A DNA stretch of 64,000 nt from a virus, in the IMG/VR virus record IMGVR_UViG_3300043256_000348, positions 28,948-92,947 of that record; one strand, given 5' to 3'. Each line of letters begins with the position of its first letter. The stretch's first letter is position 1. Below the pieces are notes generated by a model, which saw only the letters and a program-made list of their open reading frames with translations, had not been told where the DNA came from and searched no databases. Shown piece by piece: positions 45,630 to 55,419 of the stretch. The translations under genes and the position numbers were made by a program.

Positions 45630-47903
45630 GTGAGTGCAATAGCCGAGATGGCGATGGCGAGTCGGGAGCGGACCGAGGCGCTGGTCTCCCGGTACCGGGC
45701 GGCCGACCCGTCAAGGCAGTCGATGCTGGCCGGCGGCGGCGTGGTGCTCGGCGAGTCCCAGCTCTCGACTGGGCTGTTCGGCGAGGGGGCTGCCGATCGG
45801 GAGATGTACTCTCACTACCGCGGCTGGACCTACGCGGCGATCCGCCCGATAGCCCAGACGATCGCCGGGCAACCGGTGAGGGTTGGGCGGGAACTGGGCC
45901 CGGCGGAGAAGCCGCGGTCGGGCAGGCTGGCCACGAAGGGGTTGCTGCCGAGCTGGCTGAAGCAGACCGAGGTCGAGCAGTACGAGACGCACCCGCTGCT
46001 TGACGCGATTGCGCGCCCGAACCCGGTGATGACCTCGTGGCACCTGCTGTACATCCTGGCCGCGTCGCTGGAGATTGCCGGCGAGCACTTGTGGTGGGTA
46101 GTGGCCGGAAAAGAGGGTCCGGTGATCTGGCCGGTGCCGTCGCCGTGGTTCGAGCCTATTCACAGGGACGGCCAGCCGTTCGCGGCGTGGTCGATCACTC
46201 CCGGCGGGCAGGGCGAGCCGGAAGAGATTCCGAACAACGAAGTCGTCTACTTCCACTATCCTGACCTTGCGGACCCGCTCGGGTGCACCTCGCCGGCCAT
46301 GACGCAGTCGAGGGCGATGTCGGCGGATGAGGCGATGCAGGACGCGCAGGCCAACACGTTCCGCAACGCGCCGTTCCCGAAGCATGCCCTGGTCGTCGGC
46401 GACGTGACGGAGGACGGCGAGAACATGGGCCGCCCTATGCTGGAGCATTGGCAGCGGCAGCAGCTCTACACCGAATTCAAGAAGATGTATTCCCAGACGG
46501 CCCAGCACGGGCTGCCGCTCATCCTCGACAGGCTGATCCAGAACGTCATCCCGCTGTCGAACAAGCCGAACGAGATGGACTTCACCGGGAGCGGCAAGGT
46601 CACGAAGGCGCGCATCTTCCAGGGGCACGGCACGAACCCGGTGATCGCGGGCGAGGTCGAGGGGGTGAACCGGGCATCGAGCTACGTGGCCCGAAGGCAC
46701 TTCGCGGACCAAACGGTAAATCCGAAGATCGAGCTGATCAGCGAGGTGCTGACCCGGGGACTGGCCCCGATCGTGGCCGGCGAGGGCGAGCGGCTAAAGG
46801 TGTGGATCGAGTCGTACCAGCCTGACGACCGGGACGAGCGGAGGAGGGACCTCGACCTGGCGGCGAAGTACGGCTCGGTGACGAAGGATGAGGTCCGCTC
46901 GACCCTGACACATCTGGGGCTCGATCCGATGAACGGCGGGGATGAGGTGGCTGCCCCGCCTACTCTGATTCCGATGCTGTCGACGGGCCCGGCGGCCAAA
47001 CGGATCGAGGGGCTCCCGGACATCGCCGAAGTTCTCGACCGCGACGAGCGGGTGAAGGCGTGGCTAAAGGCGCACGGCCGGCACGAGGACCGGCTGCTGG
47101 ACGCGGTACATGCACTGTTCTTAGAGCAGCGGGACGCGGTGACGGCGAAGCTATACGAGGTGCTCGGCGAATTGGATAAGGCAGTACGGTCGCCGGAGGG
47201 GCTGAGCGAGCTGATCTTCAACCCGGACGAGTGGGAGGAGAAGTTGATCGACGCGAGCCGGCCGTACCTACAGCGGTCCGCTTACTTCGCCGCCGTGAGA
47301 ACGCTAAACGAGATCAAGAGCCGCAAGCAGGGGCCGGAGGAACTGATAGCACAGTTGACGCCGGCGGTTCGCGGGGCGATCGACGCCGAGTTGAACACGC
47401 TGCTGTCACGGCCCTACTGGCCCGACGTGCAGCAGACGACGCGGGCGGCGTTGTCTTCCACGCTATCGGAGGGCATGGCGAACGGCGAGTCGCTGCACCA
47501 CTTGGCGGCAAGGATAGGCGACGCCCCGACAGTGCCGGTGGTCGACCTGGGGGTGTTCCCGCCGGGCACGAAGTTCGGCAGCAACGCGGTGCTGGGGAGC
47601 GACGCGAGCCGGGCGAGGGCGCTGCTGATCGCAAGAACAGAAACAACTGGTGCCTTCGGGGCGGGTACGCAGGCTCAGTTGGAGGAGTTGCGGGCCGATG
47701 GGGTGGTAGGGGAGAAGGAACTGCTGGTGATAAACGACCAGTACCTCCGCGACACCCACCGAGCCGTGGCAGACGTGGGGCCGATCCCGATCAACGAGGA
47801 TTACGACTTCGGCGGCTACAAGGCACCCTACCCGGGGCACCACTCGCTGCCGGCGAAGGAAAGAGCCCACTGCCGGTGCGATTCGGTCGCCGTAGTGGAG
47901 TAA
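45630..47903 (+). CDS. HK97-type portal fused to a Mu gpF-like minor head domain
   Basis: YAAIRPIAQTIA, HPLL....PNP, SP, FRN..P, EMDF, T.DEVR; C-terminal RALLIARTET...R.TH...HCRC. Confidence 0.9.
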   Translation: MSAIAEMAMASRERTEALVSRYRAADPSRQSMLAGGGVVLGESQLSTGLFGEGAADREMYSHYRGWTYAAIRPIAQTIAGQPVRVGRELGPAEKPRSGRLATKGLLPSWLKQTEVEQYETHPLLDAIARPNPVMTSWHLLYILAASLEIAGEHLWWVVAGKEGPVIWPVPSPWFEPIHRDGQPFAAWSITPGGQGEPEEIPNNEVVYFHYPDLADPLGCTSPAMTQSRAMSADEAMQDAQANTFRNAPFPKHALVVGDVTEDGENMGRPMLEHWQRQQLYTEFKKMYSQTAQHGLPLILDRLIQNVIPLSNKPNEMDFTGSGKVTKARIFQGHGTNPVIAGEVEGVNRASSYVARRHFADQTVNPKIELISEVLTRGLAPIVAGEGERLKVWIESYQPDDRDERRRDLDLAAKYGSVTKDEVRSTLTHLGLDPMNGGDEVAAPPTLIPMLSTGPAAKRIEGLPDIAEVLDRDERVKAWLKAHGRHEDRLLDAVHALFLEQRDAVTAKLYEVLGELDKAVRSPEGLSELIFNPDEWEEKLIDASRPYLQRSAYFAAVRTLNEIKSRKQGPEELIAQLTPAVRGAIDAELNTLLSRPYWPDVQQTTRAALSSTLSEGMANGESLHHLAARIGDAPTVPVVDLGVFPPGTKFGSNAVLGSDASRARALLIARTETTGAFGAGTQAQLEELRADGVVGEKELLVINDQYLRDTHRAVADVGPIPINEDYDFGGYKAPYPGHHSLPAKERAHCRCDSVAVVE

Positions 47904-47905
47904 TT

Positions 47906-48181
47906 ATGGCCAACTGGATGAGAGCGGTGGACGGATCGATCGTGAATCTCGATCAAGCGTCATGGATCGAGGCCACTGGGGAAGCATACAACCGTGAGAC
48001 GGACGAGCCTCAGCCGGGCGTGGTGGCAAAATACATGGGCGGCAACGCCTATTCGTGCACAATGTACCTGTGCGACACGATTGAGGAGGCCCAGCAGATA
48101 CGTGACAAGCACTTCGGGCACTTAGTTGACGAGTCGCGCTGGCCGAAAGTCGCTGTTGACAGCCCCCGCCCGGGGGTGTAG
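47906..48181 (+). CDS. Hypothetical protein
   Basis: GGAG SD; DGSIVNLD. Confidence 0.55.
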   Translation: MANWMRAVDGSIVNLDQASWIEATGEAYNRETDEPQPGVVAKYMGGNAYSCTMYLCDTIEEAQQIRDKHFGHLVDESRWPKVAVDSPRPGV

Positions 48182-48185
48182 ACTA

Positions 48186-48383
48186 ATGATCGACCTGGGG
48201 CCGCCGAAGAACAGGCTGCTTGACGAGACGGAGTTCCGGGCAGGCCGGGCGGTGGCGAACCTGAGGGACCAGATACAGCGGATCGCTGGGCGGGACTTCT
48301 TCGGCCGGTCGGTGGTCGAGGTGCTCTGGGAGGCTGGGCAGATCACACTGGTGAGGGAGAAGGTGGAGAGGACGGAAAGATGA
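48186..48383 (+). CDS. Small hypothetical protein
   Basis: Coupled ORF in the head cluster. Confidence 0.5.
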   Translation: MIDLGPPKNRLLDETEFRAGRAVANLRDQIQRIAGRDFFGRSVVEVLWEAGQITLVREKVERTER

Positions 48384-48646
48384 AGCGACGGGGCTTTCTC
48401 CGAACTATGGTCGGCTTGGCGGCTGTGGTATTCTCGCCGTTGCCGCTCGGAATCGCTAGCGGCGGAGGTGCCGGTGGGTACGTGGTGCCCGTCGCGCTTG
48501 ACGAGTTGGTCAACGCACCCATCCTGCACGGCGAGCTGATACCGCTAGTCCGTTTTGTCGGCATGCACTACGGCTGGACACCACAGCAAGTCAGCGAGAT
48601 GACGGTGCAACAACTCCAATTATTAGGAGCACGGGAGCTAAGCTGA
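48380..48646 (+). CDS. Small protein with twin-arginine-like signal
   Basis: MKRRGFLRTMVGLAAV. Confidence 0.5.
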   Translation: MKRRGFLRTMVGLAAVVFSPLPLGIASGGGAGGYVVPVALDELVNAPILHGELIPLVRFVGMHYGWTPQQVSEMTVQQLQLLGARELS

Positions 48647-48719
48647 AGCCGGCGGGAAGGCGTAGTCGCCTCCTCAGTTTCATACGCTGGGAATTCAGGT
48701 GCAATTCCTGAGCCGGCCA
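48647..48719 (+). tRNA. Degenerate tRNA, anticodon CAT (Met-like)
   Basis: Acceptor gccggc/gccggc with 1:72 mismatch; anticodon loop TTCATAC; T-arm tcagg-TGCAATT-cctga; no CCA. Confidence 0.55.
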
Positions 48720-48750
48720 CTTGAATCACAATCGGGTATCGGAACAACCG

Positions 48751-48787
48751 GGCCCGCGACCTTTCGAGGTTGCGGGCCTTTTTCTTT
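48751..48787 (+). terminator. Intrinsic terminator / attenuator upstream of the protease gene
   Basis: ggcccgcgacct-ttcg-aggttgcgggcc followed by TTTTTCTTT. Confidence 0.75.
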
Positions 48788-48801
48788 GCCGGGAGCGAGA
48801 C

Positions 48802-51800
48802 ATGGCGACAGTCGAAACGGTGGACGCGGCTGCCCCGATCCTGGACAGCCTACGGAGCCGGAGGCCGGACGGGCGGTGGGGTATCGGCACGGCGAAGAGC
48901 TACCTTGATGCGACGCCACCGAACCTGTTCGACGTTTCACTCGATGAGTGGCAGGCGGTCATGGAGAAGGCCGCCGACACCCTCACTTACTGCGAGCGGG
49001 AAGCGACTATCGAGGCGCTGTCGTGGAGTGTGCTAGGGGAGGAGGGCCGCGACCGGCTCGGCCGGAATATGCCGTTGCTGCCGGTCAAGCGTGCGAAGAA
49101 GCCGGCGAACATCGAGGGGTTCGTCCTCGCGTTCGACTACACGCTGACGACGATTGACGAGGACCGGGACTTCGACGTGCTGGAGCCGAAGGGGGCGACG
49201 GTCGATATGCTCGGGCCGTTGCTGTTCAACCACGTCACGTTGCAGCCGATCGGCAAGCCGCTGAAGATCCTCAAGCAGAACAGCAAGCGGCTCGCAGAGC
49301 AGTCGGCCATTATGGACTTCCCCTTCGGCCGGGACGTGGCCCAGATGATCGAGTTCCAGGTGCTCCGGCGAATGTCGCACGGCTTCCTGCCGACGAAGTA
49401 CGAAGAGCGCACGCCGAAGAAGGCCGACGACGAAGACGAGGCCGTGGGCTGGCACATCATGGAGTACGAGATCATGGAGCGGTCCGTGGTGTCGGTGGCC
49501 AGCAACCGCGGTGCGATCATCGAGGCGTGGAACCTGCTGGGGGAGAAGGGCTTCCACGACGACAGAGTGAAGGGCTGGCTGAAGAGCGTCTATGAGGCGA
49601 GGCCCGTGATCGGCAGAGGCTTCGCACCCGACCGTTGCCTGATCTGTCACAACACTTCGGCCAGGCAGGCTCCGCACCATCAATGCAACTGCTGCGACTC
49701 TCCCGCCCCCGACCCGTCCGATTGCGACCAGACGCCGCCCGCGTTTCGGTGGCCAGCAACCGCGGTGCGATCATCTGATGTGGTTGACCCGGCGAAAGAA
49801 GCAGAGCCTCAGTCACTTCAGTATCCGGCAGGCAAGTCAAGTAAGAGGCTGACTGAAGACGGCGTGGAGACGTGCGAACTGTGCGATGCCCCGGCAGTGA
49901 CAACCACAAACATGCGTCACCAGTGGTGCGAAGACCATACGCCGGAAGTATGCAAAAGAAAAACCGCATTGATCCCCTTCAATAAATCAGCCGGCTCGAC
50001 GTTTGACGTTTGGCGGGAGCACCTGGAGCCGGCCAAGCTGGAGTACGACTGGGCGAGCCGCTACATCGGCTGCCAGGTCAAGCACCTGTTCTGGGTGCAC
50101 ACCAAGGTTCCGAAGGCGCGGATCGGCTCGTGGCTGACGGGGCTGCGTGAGGTGCTGGCCGACTACAGCGTCGAGGACACCCGCCACATTTCAAGCGGCG
50201 GCGAGGAGCTGCCGCCGAAGTATGAGATCATCCAGCTCACCCCAGACAAGGCCGATGACTTCCTGGTTCAAGGCTTGCAGTTCCGCTGCGGGCCGGACCG
50301 CAAGTTCGTACTCGGCTTCGAGCCGTACTACGGCATGCTGGAGGTGATATTCTACACGTCCGACAACGAGGCGGCCAAGCAGTTCGCACGCGAGGTGATC
50401 GGCAAGACGTGGGAGTGGTCGCGGGTGAACAACTTTCTCAAGGGGCAGGCGTTCAGCTTGACAGGTGGCTTCCTACCGAAGACCGGCGAGCGATGGGACG
50501 GGCTGTTCCTTCCCGATCGTAACAAGCGGCCGGTCATGCGCGCCGTGGAGGCGGTCAACGAGAAGCGGGCGGCCGCGTCCAACCGCGGCATGATCCTGAT
50601 GGGCCCGCCGGGAACCGGCAAGACGCTGTCGGCTCGCATCGTCCGGAACCTCGCCGACGCGACGTTCATCTGGGTGGCGGCGAGGGACTTCTGGAACGTT
50701 GGGGCGTTCGGAGCCTTCACTCACTCGTTCGATCTGGCCCGGGAGCTGGCCCCCTCGGTCATCTGCTTCGAGGATGTGGACAACTGGATCAATGGGGGCG
50801 GGACGGAGGAGTTGCTGAAGAGCGAGATGGACGGCATGAACCGGTCATCGGGCGTGCTCACGCTGCTAACGACGAACTACCCGGAGCTGATCCCGGACGC
50901 GCTGATCGACCGCCCCGGGCGGTTCCACGACGTGTTGCTGTTCGACCTGCCGGACGGGAAAGTCAGGGGCGAGATGCTCGCCGCGTGGCTGCCGGAAGCG
51001 CCGGGGAAGGATCGGAAGAGGGCGGTTGGGAAGACGGACGGCTACAGCGGGGCCCACATCTTCGAGCTGGCCGAGTACGCCAAGACGCTGCGAGACGAGG
51101 ACTCGCTTTCGATCGGCGAGGCGTTGCTGAAAGCCATCGACAAGATCGAAGAGCAACGGGAGCTAATCACGGGCGTGCAGCTTGAGGGCAGCCGCTACAA
51201 GCCGAACCGCTCAGGTTTCCCGGGGCAATTCGGCGCGTTGATACCGGCCAAGGTGTTCGCTTTCGGAAACAAGACAGAGAAGACGGTCCCCGGCAACCCG
51301 TCCGGCGGATCGGGCGACGGCACCGAGGGCACGTGGAGCAAGCTGAAGCTGAGCGACTTCACCGACAAAGACTGGGGCGACCTGTCGGCGGCCGAGAAGG
51401 GCAATATTAAGAAATACTTTGCCTGGCACCCGGGCACCGTCGAGACGTTCGCCGACCTGAAGCTGGGGCACCACTTTGCGTCCGGTGACGACGCGGGCAA
51501 GGCGAGCCTGAACGGGGTGCGGAACGCGCTGGCCAGGGCGAACCAGGTGGACGGGATCGGCGACGAACTGGAACGGGTGATGACGCATCTACGGGCACAC
51601 CTGCCGGAGCGGTCGGTCGTTATTGCTCATCTAGCTGTCGGTCTCGACGACGATGCGAAGCGGTGGCTCGCTGCAATAGAAAAGCTCGAAGAGGCGTGGG
51701 CTCAAGCGACGGGTAAGCGAAGCGGGGACGAAAAGGAAACACTATGCAAGCAAACGCTCGCATGGCTGGCGGCTGCGGCGACGGAGGAGGAGTTGAGGCA

Positions 51801-51876
51801 GGCCAAGGCAGTGATCGACGCGAGGTTGCGGGAGAAACGCAACCGGAAGCTGAGGAAGCTGTTTCGCCTGAGATGA
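48802..51876 (+). CDS. HK97-type prohead protease fused to an AAA+ ATPase and an extra C-terminal domain
   Basis: DRDFDVL.PKG, LLFNH...PIGK, MSHGF, ERSVVSVASN..A; then GPPGTGKT, ICFEDVD, TTN.PE...ALIDRPGRF, GYSGA. Confidence 0.85.
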   Translation: MATVETVDAAAPILDSLRSRRPDGRWGIGTAKSYLDATPPNLFDVSLDEWQAVMEKAADTLTYCEREATIEALSWSVLGEEGRDRLGRNMPLLPVKRAKKPANIEGFVLAFDYTLTTIDEDRDFDVLEPKGATVDMLGPLLFNHVTLQPIGKPLKILKQNSKRLAEQSAIMDFPFGRDVAQMIEFQVLRRMSHGFLPTKYEERTPKKADDEDEAVGWHIMEYEIMERSVVSVASNRGAIIEAWNLLGEKGFHDDRVKGWLKSVYEARPVIGRGFAPDRCLICHNTSARQAPHHQCNCCDSPAPDPSDCDQTPPAFRWPATAVRSSDVVDPAKEAEPQSLQYPAGKSSKRLTEDGVETCELCDAPAVTTTNMRHQWCEDHTPEVCKRKTALIPFNKSAGSTFDVWREHLEPAKLEYDWASRYIGCQVKHLFWVHTKVPKARIGSWLTGLREVLADYSVEDTRHISSGGEELPPKYEIIQLTPDKADDFLVQGLQFRCGPDRKFVLGFEPYYGMLEVIFYTSDNEAAKQFAREVIGKTWEWSRVNNFLKGQAFSLTGGFLPKTGERWDGLFLPDRNKRPVMRAVEAVNEKRAAASNRGMILMGPPGTGKTLSARIVRNLADATFIWVAARDFWNVGAFGAFTHSFDLARELAPSVICFEDVDNWINGGGTEELLKSEMDGMNRSSGVLTLLTTNYPELIPDALIDRPGRFHDVLLFDLPDGKVRGEMLAAWLPEAPGKDRKRAVGKTDGYSGAHIFELAEYAKTLRDEDSLSIGEALLKAIDKIEEQRELITGVQLEGSRYKPNRSGFPGQFGALIPAKVFAFGNKTEKTVPGNPSGGSGDGTEGTWSKLKLSDFTDKDWGDLSAAEKGNIKKYFAWHPGTVETFADLKLGHHFASGDDAGKASLNGVRNALARANQVDGIGDELERVMTHLRAHLPERSVVIAHLAVGLDDDAKRWLAAIEKLEEAWAQATGKRSGDEKETLCKQTLAWLAAAATEEELRQAKAVIDARLREKRNRKLRKLFRLR

Positions 51877-51924
51877 GTCGGAGGCGACTCCGGCAGTGAT
51901 ACTTTTTCACAAAGGAGTTCCGAA

Positions 51925-53640
51925 ATGGAACTGACAGATGCGTTAAAGAAGTGGGCCGTCGAGAACCTCGACATGGCCGCCGACGCCTCCGATGACGAGT
52001 ACAAGGCGGCCATCACTGGGGCGATCTCCGCCGGCACGCTGACGGCCAGGAAGTACGCCGAGCTGATGGCGGAGGACCCGGACGTGAAAGAGGAGCTGGG
52101 CAAGCTGTTGGCTCAGGCCAATGCCCCGGTGATCGCGGGGCTGGGCAAGGTGGCCGACGCGGTCGGCAGCCTGGCTGAGAAGATCCAGGCAGGACCGCCG
52201 AAGACGACCCTGGAATCGACCGTCGAGACGAGTATGGCGAGCGCCGGCGAAGGTGCCGACGACATCGACGGCAAGATCGAGCGGCAAGTCGAGAAGATGC
52301 TTGCCGAGAAAAACCAGAACGGCAACGGCGAGCGGGCCGACTTCGCGGCCGCGTTCATGGCCAAGGCCGCGATGGGCGGAAGCAACCCGCGGGTGAAGGC
52401 CGAGGTCGATAAGTACTCGACCCAGCGCAAGTCGCTGGTCTGCCCGGAGTTCATCGGTGCGGGCAAAAGGCACCCGCTGGCGGGCGAGCCGGCCGTGCGG
52501 TTCAACCACGCGATGGAGGCCCCGAGCGAGGCGGACTTCGCGATCTGCGGGGCGTTCGCCAAGTTCCAGTTGCTGCGCGGCACCGTCGGCCCCACGGCCT
52601 GCGAGGCCCTGCTGACGGAGCACGAGCGGAAGCTGGTCCTCCACGCGCTGCACGAGATGAGGTGGACCGGCGTGGTCGGGGTGATGGGCGGGCAGGAGGC
52701 CCGGATCGACCTGAGCGGTACGGAGGTCGACGACCGGAAGCTGACTCCGCCGGAACGCAAGGCGATCCTCGACGACACGACCAGCGGCGGCACCTACGCG
52801 GTGCCCCGCGTGTTCGACGAGGCGATCTCGGCCGCCCCGATCCTCTTCGGCGAGCTGGCCCCGCTGGTCGACATGCAGAACCTCGTGAGGGGTGCCGTGG
52901 TCGACGGCAGCACGTGGACCGACCCGAGCTTCATCTCCCAGACCGAGGGCTCGGCGTTCAGCCTGGTCAGCACGGCCAGCCTGATCGGAAACCTCGACAC
53001 GTCGATCTTCAACACCGTGGCCGGGATCGAGCTGGGCCTGGACTGGGAGAGCGACACGCCGATCAACTTCGGCACGTACATCGTGCAGAGGCTCGGCATG
53101 AAGCTGAAGGAGTGGCTGGACGAGCAGATCGCCATCGGCGACGGCACGACGGAGCCGACCGGGATCTTCACGGCTTCCGGCGTCAACACGTCCAACTCCA
53201 GCAACAGCACCGGCGGCCCGTTTACGCTCGGCGACTTCGAGAAGCTGGCGTTCGGCCTGACAAAGGCGATGCGTGCCAGCAACCCGAGGTCGAACGTCTA
53301 CGTGACGTCGGACTACATGTACAGGCAGGCCCGAGGCGTGCCTGTACATACGACCGACGCCCGGCGGCTGCTTGGCATGGACCACTCGGCGTACACGATC
53401 CTGGAGCACCCGTGCAAGATCCAGGACTCGATCGCCAATGGGTCCATCGCGTTCGCGAACCTGGCCTACTACCGGATGTACCGCCGGCTGGGCATCCAGA
53501 TCCGCAACGTGATCGAGGGCCAGACCCTCGCGCTGAAAAACACGCGGCTAATCATCGTCCGCGCGCGGTACGGTGGCCAGCCGACGCTGGGAGTCTCGAT
53601 CAACAAAATGACCGACGGCCCGACCAGCTACGGGAATTAG
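51925..53640 (+). CDS. Major capsid protein (HK97 fold) with N-terminal scaffold region
   Basis: SGGTYAVP...I; EG; LDEQIAIGDGTTEPTGI; strong codon bias; AAGGAG SD. Confidence 0.92.
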   Translation: MELTDALKKWAVENLDMAADASDDEYKAAITGAISAGTLTARKYAELMAEDPDVKEELGKLLAQANAPVIAGLGKVADAVGSLAEKIQAGPPKTTLESTVETSMASAGEGADDIDGKIERQVEKMLAEKNQNGNGERADFAAAFMAKAAMGGSNPRVKAEVDKYSTQRKSLVCPEFIGAGKRHPLAGEPAVRFNHAMEAPSEADFAICGAFAKFQLLRGTVGPTACEALLTEHERKLVLHALHEMRWTGVVGVMGGQEARIDLSGTEVDDRKLTPPERKAILDDTTSGGTYAVPRVFDEAISAAPILFGELAPLVDMQNLVRGAVVDGSTWTDPSFISQTEGSAFSLVSTASLIGNLDTSIFNTVAGIELGLDWESDTPINFGTYIVQRLGMKLKEWLDEQIAIGDGTTEPTGIFTASGVNTSNSSNSTGGPFTLGDFEKLAFGLTKAMRASNPRSNVYVTSDYMYRQARGVPVHTTDARRLLGMDHSAYTILEHPCKIQDSIANGSIAFANLAYYRMYRRLGIQIRNVIEGQTLALKNTRLIIVRARYGGQPTLGVSINKMTDGPTSYGN

Positions 53641-53648
53641 CGTCCCCC

Positions 53649-53699
53649 GGCGGTCCGGGTGCCCACACGCTGGGCGCCCGGCCGCCACTTTTCCTTTTC
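53649..53699 (+). terminator. Intrinsic terminator after the capsid gene
   Basis: GC-rich hairpin ggcggtccgggtgccca...tgggcgcccggccgcc + T tracts. Confidence 0.65.
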
Positions 53700-53740
53700 C
53701 ACTTTAGGTGCTGCGGCAAGCACGAACGGAGGTAGGAGTC

Positions 53741-54301
53741 ATGTCGAAATCCAAACCGATGTCCGGCGAGATCGTGATCGAGCTGGACGACGGGCACAAC
53801 AGCCGACTGGAGTTCCCGCCGCTGATGGACTGGTTCCGCGGCCGGTGGACGCCGGCCGGCCTGGTGGCGCAGAGCGCCTCGCGCGGGAGCGCGGTCTGCC
53901 AACTGGAGATGCCGGGCCAGTGCATCGCGCTGGACGTGGCGAGGAGGCGTGGCCGCGTGTTCGACCCGCTGGAGGAGCCGGAGAACAAACCGGCCCTGGA
54001 GCAGTTCGACTCGATACTGAGGACCAAGGACGCTCTGCACCGCGGGAGCCGGGCCTGCCCCGAGCAGGTGCACGAAGACTTGTCCGAAGAGCAGGTGGCG
54101 AGCTGGTGGCACTGGATGCGCGAGCTGGCGGAGATACGGAAGACGGCCAAGCTGGTCGCCGGCCAGTTCAGCAAGCAGCCCGAGGGCGACCCGCGGATCG
54201 ACTACTACAGCATGGACCCGCACGTCCCGAGGACGTTGTCTGAGATGAACAGGTGGCGGGCCGGCAAGTGGCGGCCGGGCGCCGAGGAAGACGCCGCGTG
54301 A
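53741..54301 (+). CDS. Hypothetical head-associated protein
   Basis: AGGAG SD; follows MCP; high GC3. Confidence 0.6.
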   Translation: MSKSKPMSGEIVIELDDGHNSRLEFPPLMDWFRGRWTPAGLVAQSASRGSAVCQLEMPGQCIALDVARRRGRVFDPLEEPENKPALEQFDSILRTKDALHRGSRACPEQVHEDLSEEQVASWWHWMRELAEIRKTAKLVAGQFSKQPEGDPRIDYYSMDPHVPRTLSEMNRWRAGKWRPGAEEDAA

Positions 54302-54313
54302 CGGAGGCTCACC

Positions 54314-55324
54314 GTGCGAATAGCGATCGCCTACCCGCCGCGACCGGCGTGGCCGAAGATGGAGTGGGTTTCCAAGGCATTTTCAGCCATCGGGCACGAT
54401 GTCTGCCAGGCCCACAGCATTAACGAGCTGGCCGAGGCAGACGAGGACTGCGATCTGGTTGTCTTCGAGCAGCGGTGCGCTGGGCTGAACTACGCCGACG
54501 TTGCCGAGGTGGCGTCAGGCAGGCGTACGACCTGGGTGCAGTGGGTATTTGATTTGATGGCCACCGAGCCCGGCTTGCAGCTTGGCGAGCAGCCGAACCT
54601 CGGCCACCGGACCACCTCGGCCACCTGGGAGGCGACCGACACGCTCCGGATGATGCGGCTGATGGACCTGGTGTTCGTCAAGGAGCGGGGGCTGCTGGCC
54701 GAGTACGCCAATCTCGGAGTAGAGGCTCGGTGGCTCGATCAGGCTTGTCCCTCGTGGATGGGCGAGTGCCGGCACAGCTCATCGCCCGAGTTCGACGTGT
54801 GCCTCTTCGCCAACTTCACGACAGCGGCCAGGCAGAGGCGGGTGGACGTGCAGAGTCTTCTCCGATGCCGCCGCAGCATCGTGTGGGCCGGGCACCCGGG
54901 CGGCGACGCGCCGCCTGGGGTCCGGGCCATTGGGTTCGTGCCCGTGGAGCGACTGCCGGAGCTGGCGTCCCGGGCGGCGGTGACGCTCTGCGTCGACCAG
55001 CGCCATGATCTCGATGGATATGTGAGCGACCGACTCTGGCTCGCCCTCGGCATGGGGGCGTGCGTGGTTCGCCGGGCGTCGCCCGGGCTGCCGGGTTCCC
55101 CTGGCGAGTATTACGGCGTCTACGATGACGGCGATTGCCTGAGTGACGTAGTCGGTGCCCTCTTGGCCTGTGTAGACCACCGGCAATTGGTTGGGCGAGG
55201 TGCCCGCCAGTACGTTATGGCCAATCACACCTACGAGCACCGCTGCCAAGAGCTACTACGGGAGGTTGAGAAATGCAGACACCAGACAAGCGGAAGTGCC
55301 GCCGCTGCCACGGCAGGGGCATGA
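54314..55324 (+). CDS. Glycosyltransferase (CgeB-like) in the structural cluster
   Basis: WLDQAC, FDVCLF, YVSDRLWLALGMG, ARQYVMANHTYEHRCQELL. Confidence 0.82.
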   Translation: MRIAIAYPPRPAWPKMEWVSKAFSAIGHDVCQAHSINELAEADEDCDLVVFEQRCAGLNYADVAEVASGRRTTWVQWVFDLMATEPGLQLGEQPNLGHRTTSATWEATDTLRMMRLMDLVFVKERGLLAEYANLGVEARWLDQACPSWMGECRHSSSPEFDVCLFANFTTAARQRRVDVQSLLRCRRSIVWAGHPGGDAPPGVRAIGFVPVERLPELASRAAVTLCVDQRHDLDGYVSDRLWLALGMGACVVRRASPGLPGSPGEYYGVYDDGDCLSDVVGALLACVDHRQLVGRGARQYVMANHTYEHRCQELLREVEKCRHQTSGSAAAATAGA

Positions 55325-55407
55325 TCAACGTCAAGCGTCGCGGGGGCTTCGTGAAGCGGCCCTGCCCCGCCTGCAATGGAAACGGTTCGGGTTACGCCAC
55401 GAAATAA
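55273..55407 (+). CDS. 44-aa DnaJ-type Zn-finger micro-protein
   Basis: GGAGG SD; CRRCHGRG...CPACNGNG. Confidence 0.6.
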   Translation: MQTPDKRKCRRCHGRGMINVKRRGGFVKRPCPACNGNGSGYATK

Positions 55408-55419
55408 AAGGAGACTGCC

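Noticed and set aside
49620-49960. Intein in the protease-AAA fusion
   Set aside because: No C/S-start block A or HN-C/S/T terminus and no LAGLIDADG motifs seen.
51943-53409. Long antisense and alternate-frame ORFs over the capsid, portal, terminase and helicase genes
   Set aside because: Shadow ORFs expected from high GC3 codon bias; low-complexity Arg/Gly/Pro translations without motifs.
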